A stretch of 64,000 nt of DNA from Picochlorum sp. SENEW3. Lineage: Eukaryota. Shown here one piece after another: positions 22,980 to 35,849 of this stretch. The translations under genes and the position numbers were made by a program. The DNA is taken from NCBI GenBank assembly GCA_034226945.1, contig CP120464.1:558001-622000 (forward strand), given 5' to 3'. The notes under the pieces are model-generated. The model made no database searches. It saw nothing but the letters and a program-made list of their open reading frames with translations, and was not told where the DNA came from. Numbering within the stretch: the stretch's first letter is position 1; every line of letters begins with the position of its first letter.

Positions 22980-25235
22980 ATGGTTAAAGCTGTAGGGTAC
23001 GTTATTGGGAATACGAGTCAACTCCTGTCTCTTCAGCCCCACTTGAAAGATCAGAACACCGCATTCTCAGGAAACGCTTGTGTTCGTGGTATATGTCACC
23101 TATTTCATGTTTCATATTATTATGAGCGCGTGGGATGGTGCATATACCGCTGAATCAACAGTACCTGAGAGCAGCAGCCTTTGGGTCGTCATTCTTCTAG
23201 AAGACTCGATTGGAACCTTCTGTGGCCGCGGTGGACCCATCTGTGGTGCTGACTCTTGTAGCGCTTTTCCGTGCACTAGAAACTGACTGATGTTATCTAT
23301 GTTTGCAGAATTGATTTGGGAACAACCTACTCCTGTGTTGGAGTGTGGCAGAATGACAGAGTGGAGATTATTCCAAATGAGCAGGGTAACAGAACTACCC
23401 CATCGTATGTTGCCTTCACCGATACCGAGCGTTTGGTAGGAGATGCTGCCAAGAATCAGGTGGCTCTCAACCCACACAACTCTGTGTTCGATGCCAAGCG
23501 TTTGATTGGACGCAAGTTTGATGAGCCAGCTGTCCAGCATGATATGAGCCACTGGCCATTCAAGGTGGTCAAGGGTGCTGGAGACAAGCCAATGATCCAG
23601 GTGACCTACAAGAACGAAGAGAAGACATTCTCTCCAGAGGAGATTTCTTCCATGGTCCTTGGAAAGATGAAGGAGGTAGCAGAGACCTACCTCGGAGGAG
23701 AGGTGCAGCAGGCTGTGGTGACTGTGCCAGCCTACTTCAACGATTCTCAGAGACAGGCAACCAAGGATGCCGGTGTGATTGCTGGACTCGAGGTGCTTCG
23801 TATTATTAACGAGCCAACAGCAGCCGCTATCGCCTATGGTTTGGACAAGAAGAGCGAGGGACACAAGGAGAGAAATGTGTTGATTTTCGATCTTGGAGGA
23901 GGAACCTTTGATGTGTCCTTGTTGACCATTGATGAGGGTATCTTTGAGGTCAAGGCCACTGCTGGAGATACACATTTGGGAGGAGAGGATTTCGATAACA
24001 GATTGGTGACTCACTTTACCAATGAGTTCAAGAGAAAGTACAAGAAGGACATCACTGGAAACCCTCGTGCTCTCAGACGTTTGAGAACAGCATGCGAGCG
24101 TGCAAAGAGAACCTTGTCTTCCTCATCTCAGGCTTCCATTGAGATTGACTCCTTGTTTGAGGGAGTTGATTTCTACTCCTCCATCACCCGTGCCCGTTTC
24201 GAGGAGCTTTGCATGGATTTGTTCCGCAAGTGCATGGACCCAGTAGAGAAATGCTTGAAGGATTCCAAGATGGACAAGGGATCTGTCCACGATGTGGTTC
24301 TTGTCGGAGGATCCACCCGTATTCCAAAGGTGCAGCAGTTGTTGAGTGACTACTTCAATGGAAAGGACTTGAACAAGAGCATCAACCCAGATGAGGCTGT
24401 TGCCTATGGAGCTGCTGTCCAGGCAGCCATCCTCACTGGTGAAACACACGAGAAGGTACAGGATCTCTTGTTGTTGGATGTGACTCCACTGTCTCTTGGT
24501 CTTGAGACTGCTGGAGGAGTGATGACCACATTGATCCAGCGTAACACCACCATTCCAGCCAAAAAGGAACAGGTCTTCTCCACATATGCTGATAACCAGC
24601 CAGGAGTGCTTATCCAGGTGTTTGAAGGAGAGCGTGCCCGTACTTCTGAGAACCACTTGCTCGGAAAGTTCGAACTCAGTGGAATCCCACCTGCACCGCG
24701 TGGTGTGCCACAGATTACCGTGACATTTGATATTGATGCCAACGGTATCTTGAACGTGTCTGCAGAGGACCGCAGCACCGGAAAGTCTTCCAGAATTACT
24801 ATTACCAATGACAAGGGAAGACTGTCCAAGGAGGAGATTGAGAGAATGGTTGCGGATGCTGAGAAGTTCAAGGCTGAGGATGAGGAAGTCCGCAAAAAGG
24901 TTGAAGCCAAGAATGGCCTCGAAAACTATGCGTACAGTGTCAAGAACACCCTCTCCGATCCAAACATGGAAGGAAAGGTACCAGCAGAGGATAAGGAAAA
25001 GTTGGAGAAGCTTGTCTCTGAGACTATTGAGTGGCTGGATGCCAACCAGCTCGCAGAGGTGGATGAGTTTGAGCACAAGAAGAAGGAGCTCGAGGAAGTG
25101 GCTTCACCAATCTTCGCCAAGATTTACCAGGCCGCTGGTGGTGCACCAGGTGCCGGAGGAATGCCAGGAGGAATGCCAACTGACATGCCAGGAGCTCCTC
25201 CAGCAGGTGGACCAACTGTTGAAGAGGTGGACTAA
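22980..25235 (+). CDS. HSP70: Cytosolic heat-shock protein 70
   Basis: [14 protein letters not shown] across intron 22997-23308; DLGGGTFD; C-terminal EEVD. Confidence 0.98.
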
Positions 25236-25350
25236 ATTCAATATACCCTATATAGGACTATCATGCAGCCATAGATGAAGATTGATTGATTTTTATAATA
25301 AATAAATAATGTAATCCAACTGCATATTCAGGAATATCACAACATGGCAT

Positions 25351-25596
25351 TCAAGGGCTCTCATTCTTCATACCAGTCTCTGCTGCCTCTGGTTTATTTT
25401 TTGAGACAGCACCAGGCCGAGGCCTATCAAATGCACAGTGAAGACTGGTAGGGTGATCTCTACAGCACTCTTTCAATTTTTCAATCTCCCACTGGCATTT
25501 ATTCATATCAAACATGGTCTCTTTCATACATTTTTGAATTCGACACGCCCAACCTTTGCACGCTTCTGTTGCTTGACCTTGCAACACGTTGGGCAT
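25351..25596 (-). CDS. Small twin-CX9C mitochondrial protein (CMC4/MTCP1-like)
   Basis: CKGWACRIQKCMK....CQWEIEKLKECC cysteine spacing. Confidence 0.65.
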   Translation of the reverse strand: MPNVLQGQATEACKGWACRIQKCMKETMFDMNKCQWEIEKLKECCRDHPTSLHCAFDRPRPGAVSKNKPEAAETGMKNESP

Positions 25597-26085
25597 TTCG
25601 CAAATCACATGAATATTGTGAATGGAAATTAGATATAGTAAACACAAGTGTCACTCGATTGATTGTCTGTCGAACTCTGGATCTCTTCATATGGAGATCT
25701 CTCTCTGCAGCACGTTTGAACGGTGTTGCTCTAGAGCGTTTTTTAGCGAATGATGCGCATTTCTTGGTCTTGTTGTTTATAGCGATGCGATCTTTCTCCT
25801 GGTACCACTTATTTGCTATGGATTGAATCAAATTTCGTCGTATCGCTAAATGTTGACATAGTTTGGCGACCATCAAGAGTGAATCCTGCTGTTCTACATT
25901 GATGATTTTAGGAGACGTAACGTTACGTTAACGTAATCCCACAGTCGAGCAGGCGTATCCTACTGGGAATGATGATGCTAGACGATATCCCAACCTTTAT
26001 TTTTGACACGGAACAATATCATCGCAAATTTCAATCTAGGCACATACTGTATGCACGCCATCACAATACTCTTCAGACAGAAAAT

Positions 26086-27424
26086 ATGCCCCAGAGAGAA
26101 AAGGCCTTTCTGGTCCCCTTTCTCTTGGTCATCTGCGCATGCTGTGCGGTGCAAACACAAGCAAATGCGCCAATAAAATTTTTAGCAGGTGGGGGACGGG
26201 TCTCGACACTGGGTGGGATGTGCTTTGACAACACACTTGGTGACAACTCAGCCCTCAGGGATGTTCGAATGCAAATCGTGAAATTCAACCAGAAGAAGAG
26301 GTACGTCGTAAAATATACTCGTTCATACAGGGAGATCGTATGTTTATGGTGTGAATCCATGACAATCTCGGTGCAACATATTCGTGTGCAGTATGTATAG
26401 AGATGGTGACATAATCGCCGTGTACAAGTTGGACAGACCAGGACATGGCAGTCTCGCTGGATGTGCGGATGCCTGTCTGTTAAATTGGAGATTGACAAAT
26501 GACTTGAGTCAAGCGTTAGACACAGACTGCTCTTTAGGTGAAAACAGCCACTGCCCCATGACATCTGGAATACTTGTGGCAGACAGAAAGTGTGAGGCAT
26601 TCATGTTTAATCGTATCACGAGTGTATGTACGTTACTGTCAGCTGTGAAATCTATGATGCTTACTGGAAGCAGCAACCATTGGTCCGGGAAGCTGGTGTG
26701 CGAGGATATGAGCAGTGTAGATGATTGGGCACAAGGTGTTGTCAGCAGGCGCAGTCCACCACCACCGCCACCATCGTTAGCCACGTATGCCAGCTTAGTC
26801 AGTTTGGTTAGCGTATCCAGTCAGGATCTCGTGAAAAATGCCGATAAAACGAGCATCACTGATCTAGCATCAGGATTAGAATGGAACTTTGGTGGAAGTG
26901 CTGCATTGACCTCTGAAGATGGTGTGCCATGTGTTGACCTGACTGCTGGTGAGTTGATTGTGGACGGAATTGGACCCACGTTGGGAAAAGAGTACACACT
27001 AGTGTACTACTTTAAACCGCTTTTGAGTTCATCGACCTGGAGAACTCTGCATTTTGTGACAACTCGAAGCCTCATCCTCACCAAGGCTGGGACAAATGAT
27101 ATTGGTACATATGATTCAGGGGCTTTTTATGATTCAGGCTACGACATTGTTCCCAATGTATGGCAGACTCTTATTATTACAAATGAAGGCGATGATACGG
27201 TTTCAAAGACAGGGACAAGTGTATGGTATTCGAATGACATCCAAGTTGGATCATTACCGAGGGTTGGCTCTGGTGAAGTGATTTCAAGCATTGGTAGAGG
27301 CACACAGTATCCTGGGCATGTGGCTGTCGCTGCCGTCCTTAATCGTATTCTTAGCAGACAAGAAATCATCAACGTGCATGGAATCCTCCAGGGATGGGCT
27401 CGCATGCAGCATTTTAATACATAA
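26086..27424 (+). CDS. Putative secreted protein (Cys-rich PAN/apple-like region, Pro linker, concanavalin/LamG-like C-terminus)
   Basis: Signal-peptide-like LVPFLLVICACCAVQTQA; intron 26301-26400; CEAFMFN...CTL; SPPPPPP; C-terminal AVLNRILS..EI. Confidence 0.5.
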
Positions 27425-27686
27425 ATACATAAATAAATCTCAGCATTGGTTTCATGCTGACAATCATCATCTTGGTTCTCTCGACCTGGAACGATGCCTG
27501 AAAAATTCCCTAAAAATAAATGTAATTCTTACAATATAATGGATTTGATTTATTGTTAGATATTTCACATCCAACAGAGGTTGCGAGGCGACAATATTTC
27601 TCTCTCGTCGTTCCAAACCGAAAGCAAGCTTATGGACAGCATTGCAATGCAGTTTCTAGACTAGTATATTCATAGATAATTGCAAT

Positions 27687-29312
27687 ATGATTAGAACTAT
27701 ATTATCCAAGCAAGGGTCCCGGAACGCGGAGAGACTGAGGATTCTGTTCCAAAGAAGAGGGAAAAGCGCCAGCACGACACAGGCTCTCGAGCAACAGACT
27801 CGAGATGCAAGGCAGGCAGCCTTGCTCGGGGGAGGAGAGGAGAGGATATCAAAACAGCATAGTAAAGGAAAGTTGACAGCGCGAGAACGACTTGCAGCGC
27901 TCTTAGATGCGGGGAGTTTCAATGAAATTGGTACATTTGTTCAGCATAGGACGCATGATTTTGGGATGGAAGAGCACATGTATTCCGGAGATGGGGTGGT
28001 GACTGGGTCGGGCACCATGTTTGGGAGAGATGTGTTTGTAGCATCGCAAGATTTTACAGTGTTTGGAGGGAGTGTGGGGGAAATGCATGCCAGGAAGATG
28101 TCTCATCTGATGCAGCAGGCCATCAAGATTGGCGCTCCACTGATTTCACTCATTGACTCTTCTGGTGCTCGGATCCAAGAAGGGGTGAGGAGCTTGGCGG
28201 GATACGCTGATATATTTCAACAAAATGTAGATGCTTCTGGAGTGATTCCTCAAATATCACTCATTCTTGGTCCCTGCGCGGGGGGCGCTGTCTACTCTCC
28301 AGCACTCACAGATTTTGTCTTCATGGTGGAGAATTCAAGCTACATGTTCTTGACTGGTCCTGATGTTGTCGAGTCTGTGACTGGTGAAAAAGTCACGAAA
28401 GAAGAGCTGGGAGGATCAAATGTCCATACAGTCACATCAGGTGTGGCGCATGGATCGTATAAGCACGAATTGGATGCCTTGGCAGCCATGAGGCAGTTGC
28501 TGACGTATTTGCCAAGCTCATGCAACGATACACCTCCTCGACTTGCCCAGATTGACCCCATCGATAGAGACATACCATATCTAGATGCATGTATTCCAGA
28601 GTCTGACACAGCATCCTATGATATGCATGATATCATAGAACCCTTGGTCGATGGTTCTGAATTCTTTGAAATTCATGCACGGTACGCCCCCAACATCATT
28701 GTGGGGTTTGCCCGCATGGGAGGCATCAGCATCGGCATAGTCGCAAATCAACCCAACCATCTTGCTGGCTGTTTAGATATAGATGCATCTGTCAAAGCAG
28801 CTCGGTTTGTCAGATTTTGTGACGCATTCAATATTCCTCTTTTGACCCTATGTGATGTACCTGGCTTTCTGCCAGGTACATCTCAAGAAGCAGATGGGAT
28901 AATTTCTCATGGAGCAAAGCTATTATACGCCTACGCCGAAGCATCTGTTCCAAAGATATCATTAATAGTTCGAAAAGCATACGGTGGAGCATACGTGGTC
29001 ATGTCATCGAAAAATCTGCGGACAGATGTGAACCTGGCTTGGTCGACAGGCAAGATTGCCGTCATGGGGTCAGCCTCTGCTGCCCGCATCCTTCATCCAC
29101 GGGACGATGCCAAAGCTCTTGAACAACGAATCAAAGAATACGATGATGCCTTCAACAACCCCTTCCAAGCTGCCAAAGATGGCTTTATAGACGACATCAT
29201 CGCCCCCAGAGACAGTAGGAAGCGAATCTGCAGGGAACTCGACAGGCTAATGAATTCAAACAACAAACAGCCAACCATGAGCGGGAAAAAACACGGCTGC
29301 GGTCCTATTTGA
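27687..29312 (+). CDS. PCCB: Propionyl-CoA carboxylase beta chain (carboxyl transferase), mitochondrial
   Basis: [55 protein letters not shown]-terminal KKHG. Confidence 0.9.
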   Translation: MIRTILSKQGSRNAERLRILFQRRGKSASTTQALEQQTRDARQAALLGGGEERISKQHSKGKLTARERLAALLDAGSFNEIGTFVQHRTHDFGMEEHMYSGDGVVTGSGTMFGRDVFVASQDFTVFGGSVGEMHARKMSHLMQQAIKIGAPLISLIDSSGARIQEGVRSLAGYADIFQQNVDASGVIPQISLILGPCAGGAVYSPALTDFVFMVENSSYMFLTGPDVVESVTGEKVTKEELGGSNVHTVTSGVAHGSYKHELDALAAMRQLLTYLPSSCNDTPPRLAQIDPIDRDIPYLDACIPESDTASYDMHDIIEPLVDGSEFFEIHARYAPNIIVGFARMGGISIGIVANQPNHLAGCLDIDASVKAARFVRFCDAFNIPLLTLCDVPGFLPGTSQEADGIISHGAKLLYAYAEASVPKISLIVRKAYGGAYVVMSSKNLRTDVNLAWSTGKIAVMGSASAARILHPRDDAKALEQRIKEYDDAFNNPFQAAKDGFIDDIIAPRDSRKRICRELDRLMNSNNKQPTMSGKKHGCGPI

Positions 29313-29335
29313 ATTCAATTGTAATTTGATATACC

Positions 29336-30871
29336 ATGGGGATTGATGGGTTCCATCAGTACACAAAACACTATCTCGAGCGGCGCCATATTCAACAATA
29401 CGAGCGCCAACGAATTGGAATTGATGCCTCAGGATGGCTTCATCGGGGAGGGGTACACTACGCTTGGGATATTCATATGAATCAACAACCATGGAAGAAT
29501 ATCACAGGAGCCCAAGCCCCTTGGGTGGAATTTCCAATCCGAATGTTGAACATGTTGTTGAGTCATGACATTGAACCAGTCTTTGTATTTGATGGTTGTC
29601 AATCGCCAGCCAAGGCACCGACTCGAGCGATGAGAGCAGCAAAGAAGGAGAGGGCCCGTGAGAGGGCGATGGAATTCCAGTCTCAGGGACGACAACAGGA
29701 TGCAGCACGGATGATGCAACAGGCATTTGATGTGACGCATGACATGGCAAAAGATTTGATCGACGAGCTCCGGAAGCGTCAGATCGAGTTCATTGTGGCA
29801 CCATATGAAGCTGATGCGCAGTTGGCGTATTTGGCAAACATACCTGTGGACAAGGGCGGAGTACATGCCATCATGAGTGAGGATTCAGACTTGATTGCGT
29901 ATGGGTGTCGTGTAGTGTTATTTAAAAGTTCTCTGGATGGATACGTTGAAGAATTGAGGAAAGATGTGCTTTTAGGACCATCAGAAGATGTCGTGAAAAG
30001 ATTCATGGCGTTGGAAGAAGAAAAAGCGGCGTTTGTCTCTGGTGACGAGAAGAAGACGAGCTTGAAGAAAAGGACACAGCCCGTCACATTTGATGGATGG
30101 ACAGATGATCAAATGTGTTTGTTATGCATTCTGTCTGGCTGTGATTTTCTCCCTAGTATACACGGGATGGGATTCAAACGAGCGCATGAGATTGTGGCAA
30201 GGGCCAAGACCATGGACAAGGCACTGAGGCAGATTCGTCAGAACAAGAGATGGCAACCATACATGAAGGAGGGCTACGTCGCGAATGTCGCCAAAGCTTT
30301 CCAAACATTCCGATATTCTCTCGTGTATGATGTATCGTCGGGTCGAGCCGTCTTTATGAGAGAGTTGCCAGAGGACCTTGCCAAGAGCAATGACCTCATC
30401 CATCTGGGTCCATCTCTGGATGATGCCCTTATCCAAAGCATCGTCAAAGGGCTGGTTCATCCACATTCTAAGAAATTATATACTGAACAGCGCCATCATC
30501 AAAAGGGACCGATACAGATGATGATGCCGCCGCGTGAACCAGCAGCCACCACACAACAAGGCCACGATTGTTGTGACACTGGAGTGAATATGAATAACAA
30601 CATGATGTCAGGAGACAACACACCACATGTCAACGTAGAAGAGAATGCGAATACTACCGAGAAGAAGAAGAAGGAGAAGAGACAATGTGACACATCACTC
30701 GCACCCAGTCAAAAGGATGAGAAGAAGAAGAAGAAGAAGAAAAAGACGGTGGACTTGGTGCAATTGCACCCAAATGCTATCCAAGCAGCCCGCAGAAAGA
30801 TCCGAGACTACTTCAAAACAAAAACAACCTCTGCCAATCTCTTACAAACCAATAATCAATACCCTTCATAA
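29336..30871 (+). CDS. EXO1: Exonuclease 1 (XPG/RAD2 family)
   Basis: MGI, IDASGWLHRG, VFDG, APYEADAQLAYL, SEDSDL, ILSGCDFLPS. Confidence 0.9.
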   Translation: MGIDGFHQYTKHYLERRHIQQYERQRIGIDASGWLHRGGVHYAWDIHMNQQPWKNITGAQAPWVEFPIRMLNMLLSHDIEPVFVFDGCQSPAKAPTRAMRAAKKERARERAMEFQSQGRQQDAARMMQQAFDVTHDMAKDLIDELRKRQIEFIVAPYEADAQLAYLANIPVDKGGVHAIMSEDSDLIAYGCRVVLFKSSLDGYVEELRKDVLLGPSEDVVKRFMALEEEKAAFVSGDEKKTSLKKRTQPVTFDGWTDDQMCLLCILSGCDFLPSIHGMGFKRAHEIVARAKTMDKALRQIRQNKRWQPYMKEGYVANVAKAFQTFRYSLVYDVSSGRAVFMRELPEDLAKSNDLIHLGPSLDDALIQSIVKGLVHPHSKKLYTEQRHHQKGPIQMMMPPREPAATTQQGHDCCDTGVNMNNNMMSGDNTPHVNVEENANTTEKKKKEKRQCDTSLAPSQKDEKKKKKKKKTVDLVQLHPNAIQAARRKIRDYFKTKTTSANLLQTNNQYPS

Positions 30872-31002
30872 TTGTAATATTGTTTACTGAATGAATACGC
30901 GGGTGTTGCTGTAGTATTTGAGAGTACTCGCCCTGGTAAAGGACACAAAGAAAAGAATGAACTAGTCACCAGCAAAGCCACAGCGATGACCAGTGACTAT
31001 AA

Positions 31003-31848
31003 ATGAATCATATACATAGAAATACAATGACACAGACTGATGAAGAACAGGGTTATGCGACACATGGCACAGGTGTGGTTGTGAGGCCTGTCGACAACGA
31101 CCAGTCCCGGGCACATCATGATTGCCATGATGATGATCACGCATCGCCTCCATCTTCTTCTTCTTCCTCTGAAGCAGCAATGAGGAATGATGATGAGAGT
31201 GATGCTGCTGCTTCGCTGCAGCAGCAGCAGAAGAAGAAGATTATGGCCAAAGGGGCAGAGTGCAGAATATGCCTGTCCTCTGAGCAATCTGAATCATTTG
31301 TGCAACCCTGTTTATGCGATGGGTCGCTGAAATACGCCCATCTGCATTGCTTGAAATCATGGGTTCATGAGAGGCAAAGACTCACGTGTGAAATTTGCAA
31401 AGCCAAGTATGCAGAGCCACTCTTACCAGAGCTCAAGGAGGAGATGCATGATCCTGACCATGCTGGCTCTGGAGGATCTGTCACTCGGCACGGATACACG
31501 GTGGATGACAATCACTCTCCTAGGGTATTCATTCTACCTGGAATGGCTCACGATGGATCAAATACGAGGCAGAGGAACAATAACAAAGCACTCATCAACA
31601 TTTTCATCATTGCCTTTGTCATCATTGTGATTGTTGTCATTCTGGTCGTCTTGGGACTGAATGCCAGCCAGCACACCTGGGCAGCCGTCTTGTTACGAAT
31701 CATTGCCTTCGGGCTCCCCCTGCTGATCATTGGCCGAGCATTCATCGTATGCTGCGAGATGAGAAGAACCTCTGCAACACTTTCCAATCAGCATACACAT
31801 AATAATTCCAGGAGTACGAATGCTAGTAGCTTTTATGTCATGTCGTAG
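31003..31848 (+). CDS. RING-CH (MARCH-type) E3 ubiquitin ligase with two TM helices
   Basis: CRIC...PCLCDGSLKYAHLHCLKSW...CEICK followed by hydrophobic segments. Confidence 0.88.
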   Translation: MNHIHRNTMTQTDEEQGYATHGTGVVVRPVDNDQSRAHHDCHDDDHASPPSSSSSSEAAMRNDDESDAAASLQQQQKKKIMAKGAECRICLSSEQSESFVQPCLCDGSLKYAHLHCLKSWVHERQRLTCEICKAKYAEPLLPELKEEMHDPDHAGSGGSVTRHGYTVDDNHSPRVFILPGMAHDGSNTRQRNNNKALINIFIIAFVIIVIVVILVVLGLNASQHTWAAVLLRIIAFGLPLLIIGRAFIVCCEMRRTSATLSNQHTHNNSRSTNASSFYVMS

Positions 31849-32159
31849 TAGCTCTTTTTCTTTATCTTTTTTCCATCCTTCTTTGTCCTTTCTTCTTTCC
31901 TCTTGTCATGTAATCATACACAGATCAGATCCAGTCTCTTTCTATGAGAGAAGGGAGCCAGCTCTCAACAGAGATCTCTTTCTCCATGGAGAGATCTCTG
32001 TTGCTGCGAATGATCATTCGCACTCATGATGACGATGAGTCGGGGTTACTCCAATCAATTGAGCCGTACTCCTTACTTTAATTGAAATATAAAAAGTATA
32101 TCTCAAAGGCTCCTTCGCGCTAGGGCATCGTGACAACAACGAGCAGAATAATAATAATC

Positions 32160-32474
32160 ATGTTGGCTCTACTCCGGCGAGAAGCTTTTAAGAAAGCAGC
32201 CACCTCTTGTGGCACTCTGACTCAGAAAAGAAACGTAGGAAATTTACCAGTGAAATCGAACAAGTATATTGAGGAATTTGGGGCACGCAGAGAGACGATT
32301 GAAAAGGAGTTCGAGTGGGATGGACCAACGCTGAGGAGAATAGCGGTGTGGGGTCTTCTTGTGCCATATGGTGTGTATCAGATGATGTTGTTTGAGTTTG
32401 ATAAGACGGATGCGTTTGGGGGTAAACCGAAGAGGGACATGTGGGGGAGTCCATCAGCCAAGCACCAGTCATAG
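32160..32474 (+). CDS. Complex I accessory subunit NDUFB4 (B15), plant/algal type
   Basis: NKYIEEFGARRETIEKEFEW...WGLLVPYGVY resembles the plant NKxIEEW..RRE.LE..F.W motif plus one TM helix. Confidence 0.7.
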   Translation: MLALLRREAFKKAATSCGTLTQKRNVGNLPVKSNKYIEEFGARRETIEKEFEWDGPTLRRIAVWGLLVPYGVYQMMLFEFDKTDAFGGKPKRDMWGSPSAKHQS

Positions 32475-32671
32475 AGAGTTGTCTGCACTGGCATCATATG
32501 ATGCATCATCATCATGATGATTCATATAGTAGCAATAGTAGTAGTAGTAGACATTCATCATCATTCTTCTTGATATTCTGTAATAATAATCATGGTATGC
32601 CTCCATCTAGAATTTGGATGATCCTAGCTGTATTACAACAACAGTGAATGAATGAATGAAAGATTATTCTT

Positions 32672-33741
32672 CTACACATGTGCGGTGGTTGGGGGATAGA
32701 GAGGAAGAGAATTGGCAGGGACATGAAGCGATTCTTCCAATAATCGCTGCCTTTCTTTGGTAGAGAGAATGGGAAGACACCATCCATAGGGATCTCTTCC
32801 AAACACATCAAAAAAGTTCTCTCGCCAACCACCCTTGTCATGAGGCCATGGTGTGATGGGGACCTTTTCATACGCTTCTATGGTTGTCATGTTCTTTGCA
32901 ATCAGATTCCAATGCATGACGATGAACCCAATGAGGGCGAGAGAGAAGGATGCTGTGAATACAAATGACATGAATGATATGAGCAGTGGCCATACTGGGA
33001 GGATACTAGATGTTGATGTGACGAATGCAACGCATGGTTTGAAGAGGAGCACCGCACTCATGATGCATGCGATGCATGCCCACACGAGGAACAGAACGAA
33101 CGATTTGTAATTCAGCATACCGATGGTGTTGACCATCCAGACGCAGTAGTGGTCCATTCGTAGCACACATTCATTCATCATGGAGCAGTGATGCGACCGA
33201 GGAGGCTTCCATTTCTGCACATATTGCATATATTTTTTTTTATCATCATGATGACGAGGAAAAAAAATGGATATCATCCTTCACGTACCCTGCATTTCTT
33301 GCACCACCTTGGTCGAGTAGCATACATGTATGCCAACTGAAATTTGGATCCATCCGTTGGTGTGGCCTGCTCCAATGCCTGCGCATATCCTTCCAACACA
33401 GATTTCCTATATCCATCATCGTGTTGCAAATACTGTCTCTGAGACTCGTCTTCAAAGGGATACCACGCTGATGGGACCTCCCCAGGGCTATCCAGCACTG
33501 TCCTGATGTAACACCACACCAGCATCGCAACACATGAGCCATACATGAAAGACATGATGGCATACCCCAACTGAGTCAGTATATTGACATCACCCATACC
33601 AGGAATAAGAACATGCCTCCATACCGCATAATTAGCCACACAGATGAGGAAAAATACCATGCCCACCATGGTGGTTTTGCCAATATGTTTCAAACACCAT
33701 GTGCACTGTTTGAACACATTAAGGGCAAGGATACTCTTCAT
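32672..33741 (-). CDS. DHHC-type protein S-acyltransferase
   Basis: WCKKCR|KWKPPRSHHCS...CVLRMDHYCVW (DHYC variant), NMTTIE; intron 33288-33215. Confidence 0.9.
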
Positions 33742-34171
33742 GACTGTATTCTGTATTATTCATCTACTATGCATTATTGGTGCTGAAAAGGGTATTCAAA
33801 GAAGCAGCAGTTGAGTGAGTCTGCCTTACAATTCCTGGATACAATCATCTCCCTCCTCCGACAATACAAGAGACTGTGTCTCTGATAATTAAATATATTT
33901 TCTAGTTTTATAAACAGTAGAATCCAGTGTCTGTGTCAAGAGCCTGGTGAGCACGATGGCAGGATGTCGTAAATCGAACATTAAGGAAGAATTCGAAACC
34001 CTGGATGGGTGTCAAAATTCTGTCTCTCTGATGGATTTCTTATAATATGCATGAAAATGATCTTTCAGCATCTTCCTCAGGATCGAGAGGGTTGCTGGTG
34101 TGTTTTTGGCAGAAAGTCGGGTTGCATGGATATGTAAGCTCCACATTGAAATTTCTTACAAGAGGCGTAGA

Positions 34172-35838
34172 ATGTCGATGCGTTTGAAGCATCATAGGAT
34201 GAGGGTGGTTGGATATTCAACTAATTCAATAGATATGGCAAGCGAGAAGGGAGGTAGTGGTTCGGTTGGAATAGTTCAAGGTGGGGAATTTTGCTGGGAA
34301 GGACGTGTCAGTGGTGTACGGTTTTGTTCTGCATCGATGGGGGTGTTGGCGACGAATGCGTCAGAGACGATGGCGTATGTTTGGGATGGCAAGCGAGTGG
34401 CGATTCAGGAGTATGGCAAGGAGGGAAGTCAGTGTGATGGGAGGGAGCATGTGTCTTCTTCTCGGGAGGCCGTGTCCTGGGTGGGTGATGCACAGAAGCA
34501 TTTTCGGCGTCGGATTGAAAGCTTGCACTCTGCGTTTTTTCCGAGGCGTGATATGGTGACACCAGGTAAGCAATTTGAATTTATGTGAATTATTGTCTGT
34601 CTACTTGTACAATGGACAAGTGACTCTAAATACCATGTGTGTGTTTCTGCAGACTATTGGGAGTATGTGAAATGGAGAGGATGGCACAGGCTGTTTTCGT
34701 CCATGGTGTCCATATTTTCTACTCAAAGTCTTCTTCTTGCGGTTGGTGTTGGTGCGAAAAAGACACTTCCAGCAGCTGCTGGGATCAATTGGGTGTTGAA
34801 AGATGGGTTGGGGCGTCTTGGGCGCCTGACGGTTGCGACACGGTTTGGAGAATCTTTTGATTCTGACCTCAAGGTATGTGTGATTTCTTTCTTTTATTGC
34901 ATTACCTGGCACTTTTTTTGTAACGTGTATATGATGCGCAGAGATTTAGATTTGCTTCCTCGCTCGTGTACGGAGGAGCAGTTGCACTGGACTATTTAAC
35001 CCCTCTGATGCCGGCATATTTTTTGCCCATGGCAGCAGTTGCTAATATTGGAAAGTCTGTAGGATTGACGACATATATTGCAACACAGCCTGCATTTTTT
35101 AAATCCTTTGCAAAGTCGGAGAATATTGCAGATATATCAGCAAAAGCTCAGGCCCAACAAATGGCTATAGACACTCTGGGCTTGGCCCTAGCAGTATCAC
35201 TCAACCTTGCCGTGAGGCGGCATGATACGGCGCGGAGGTTTCTACCACTGGCATTGTTTCCGATTTTAGTACCTGCAGATTTGTATTCTATTTATAATGA
35301 GCTCCGATCGGTTCATCTGCGGACGTTGAATAAAGAGAGAGCAGAATTTCTTGCCAAGGCTTGGGTAGAACATGGGCATGTGCCAACTCCGGATGTGGTG
35401 AGCAGACAAGAGAGGCTTGTTTTGCCGCCGCTGACAGCATTAGGGACATATCCTTTGACTATTATGCCATTAGAGGAATCTTTGAAAACGAAAGACAGTG
35501 TTGATGCGTTTATACAGCCATTGCAAAGGAAGAAGAAGAAATACTTCCTTTCTGTTGAGAATGCTCCACGAAGAGATGTGTCTGTCACACTCCGACATGA
35601 TGCGGAGACACGAGATATTTTGGAGATGGTTTTAGTCGTTGCGTATTTGCGCCGTGATATGCCAAAGATGATTGACATGAACGCGCACGGCCCAGGGAGT
35701 TGTTCTGTGAGTGAGAAGAGCAAGGCAGAGCGGCGTGCAATATCTGCATTGCCTCGCTTCCTCCAACAACTGAAGGAAGCTGGATGGCAAATTGACCCCA
35801 TTACATTAAGCAGGACTGAGAGACTATTTTACAAGTAA
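34172..35838 (+). CDS. Root UVB sensitive (RUS/DUF647) family protein
   Basis: VTP-DYWEYVKWR, AAAGINWVLKDGLGRLG, FDSDLK, NIADISAK, LRTLNKER; two introns. Confidence 0.85.
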
Positions 35839-35849
35839 TAAATAAATAA

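Noticed and set aside
23112..25076. Long antisense ORFs (300 and 317 aa) over HSP70
   Set aside because: Well-known shadow frames of codon-biased HSP70 genes; no independent motifs.
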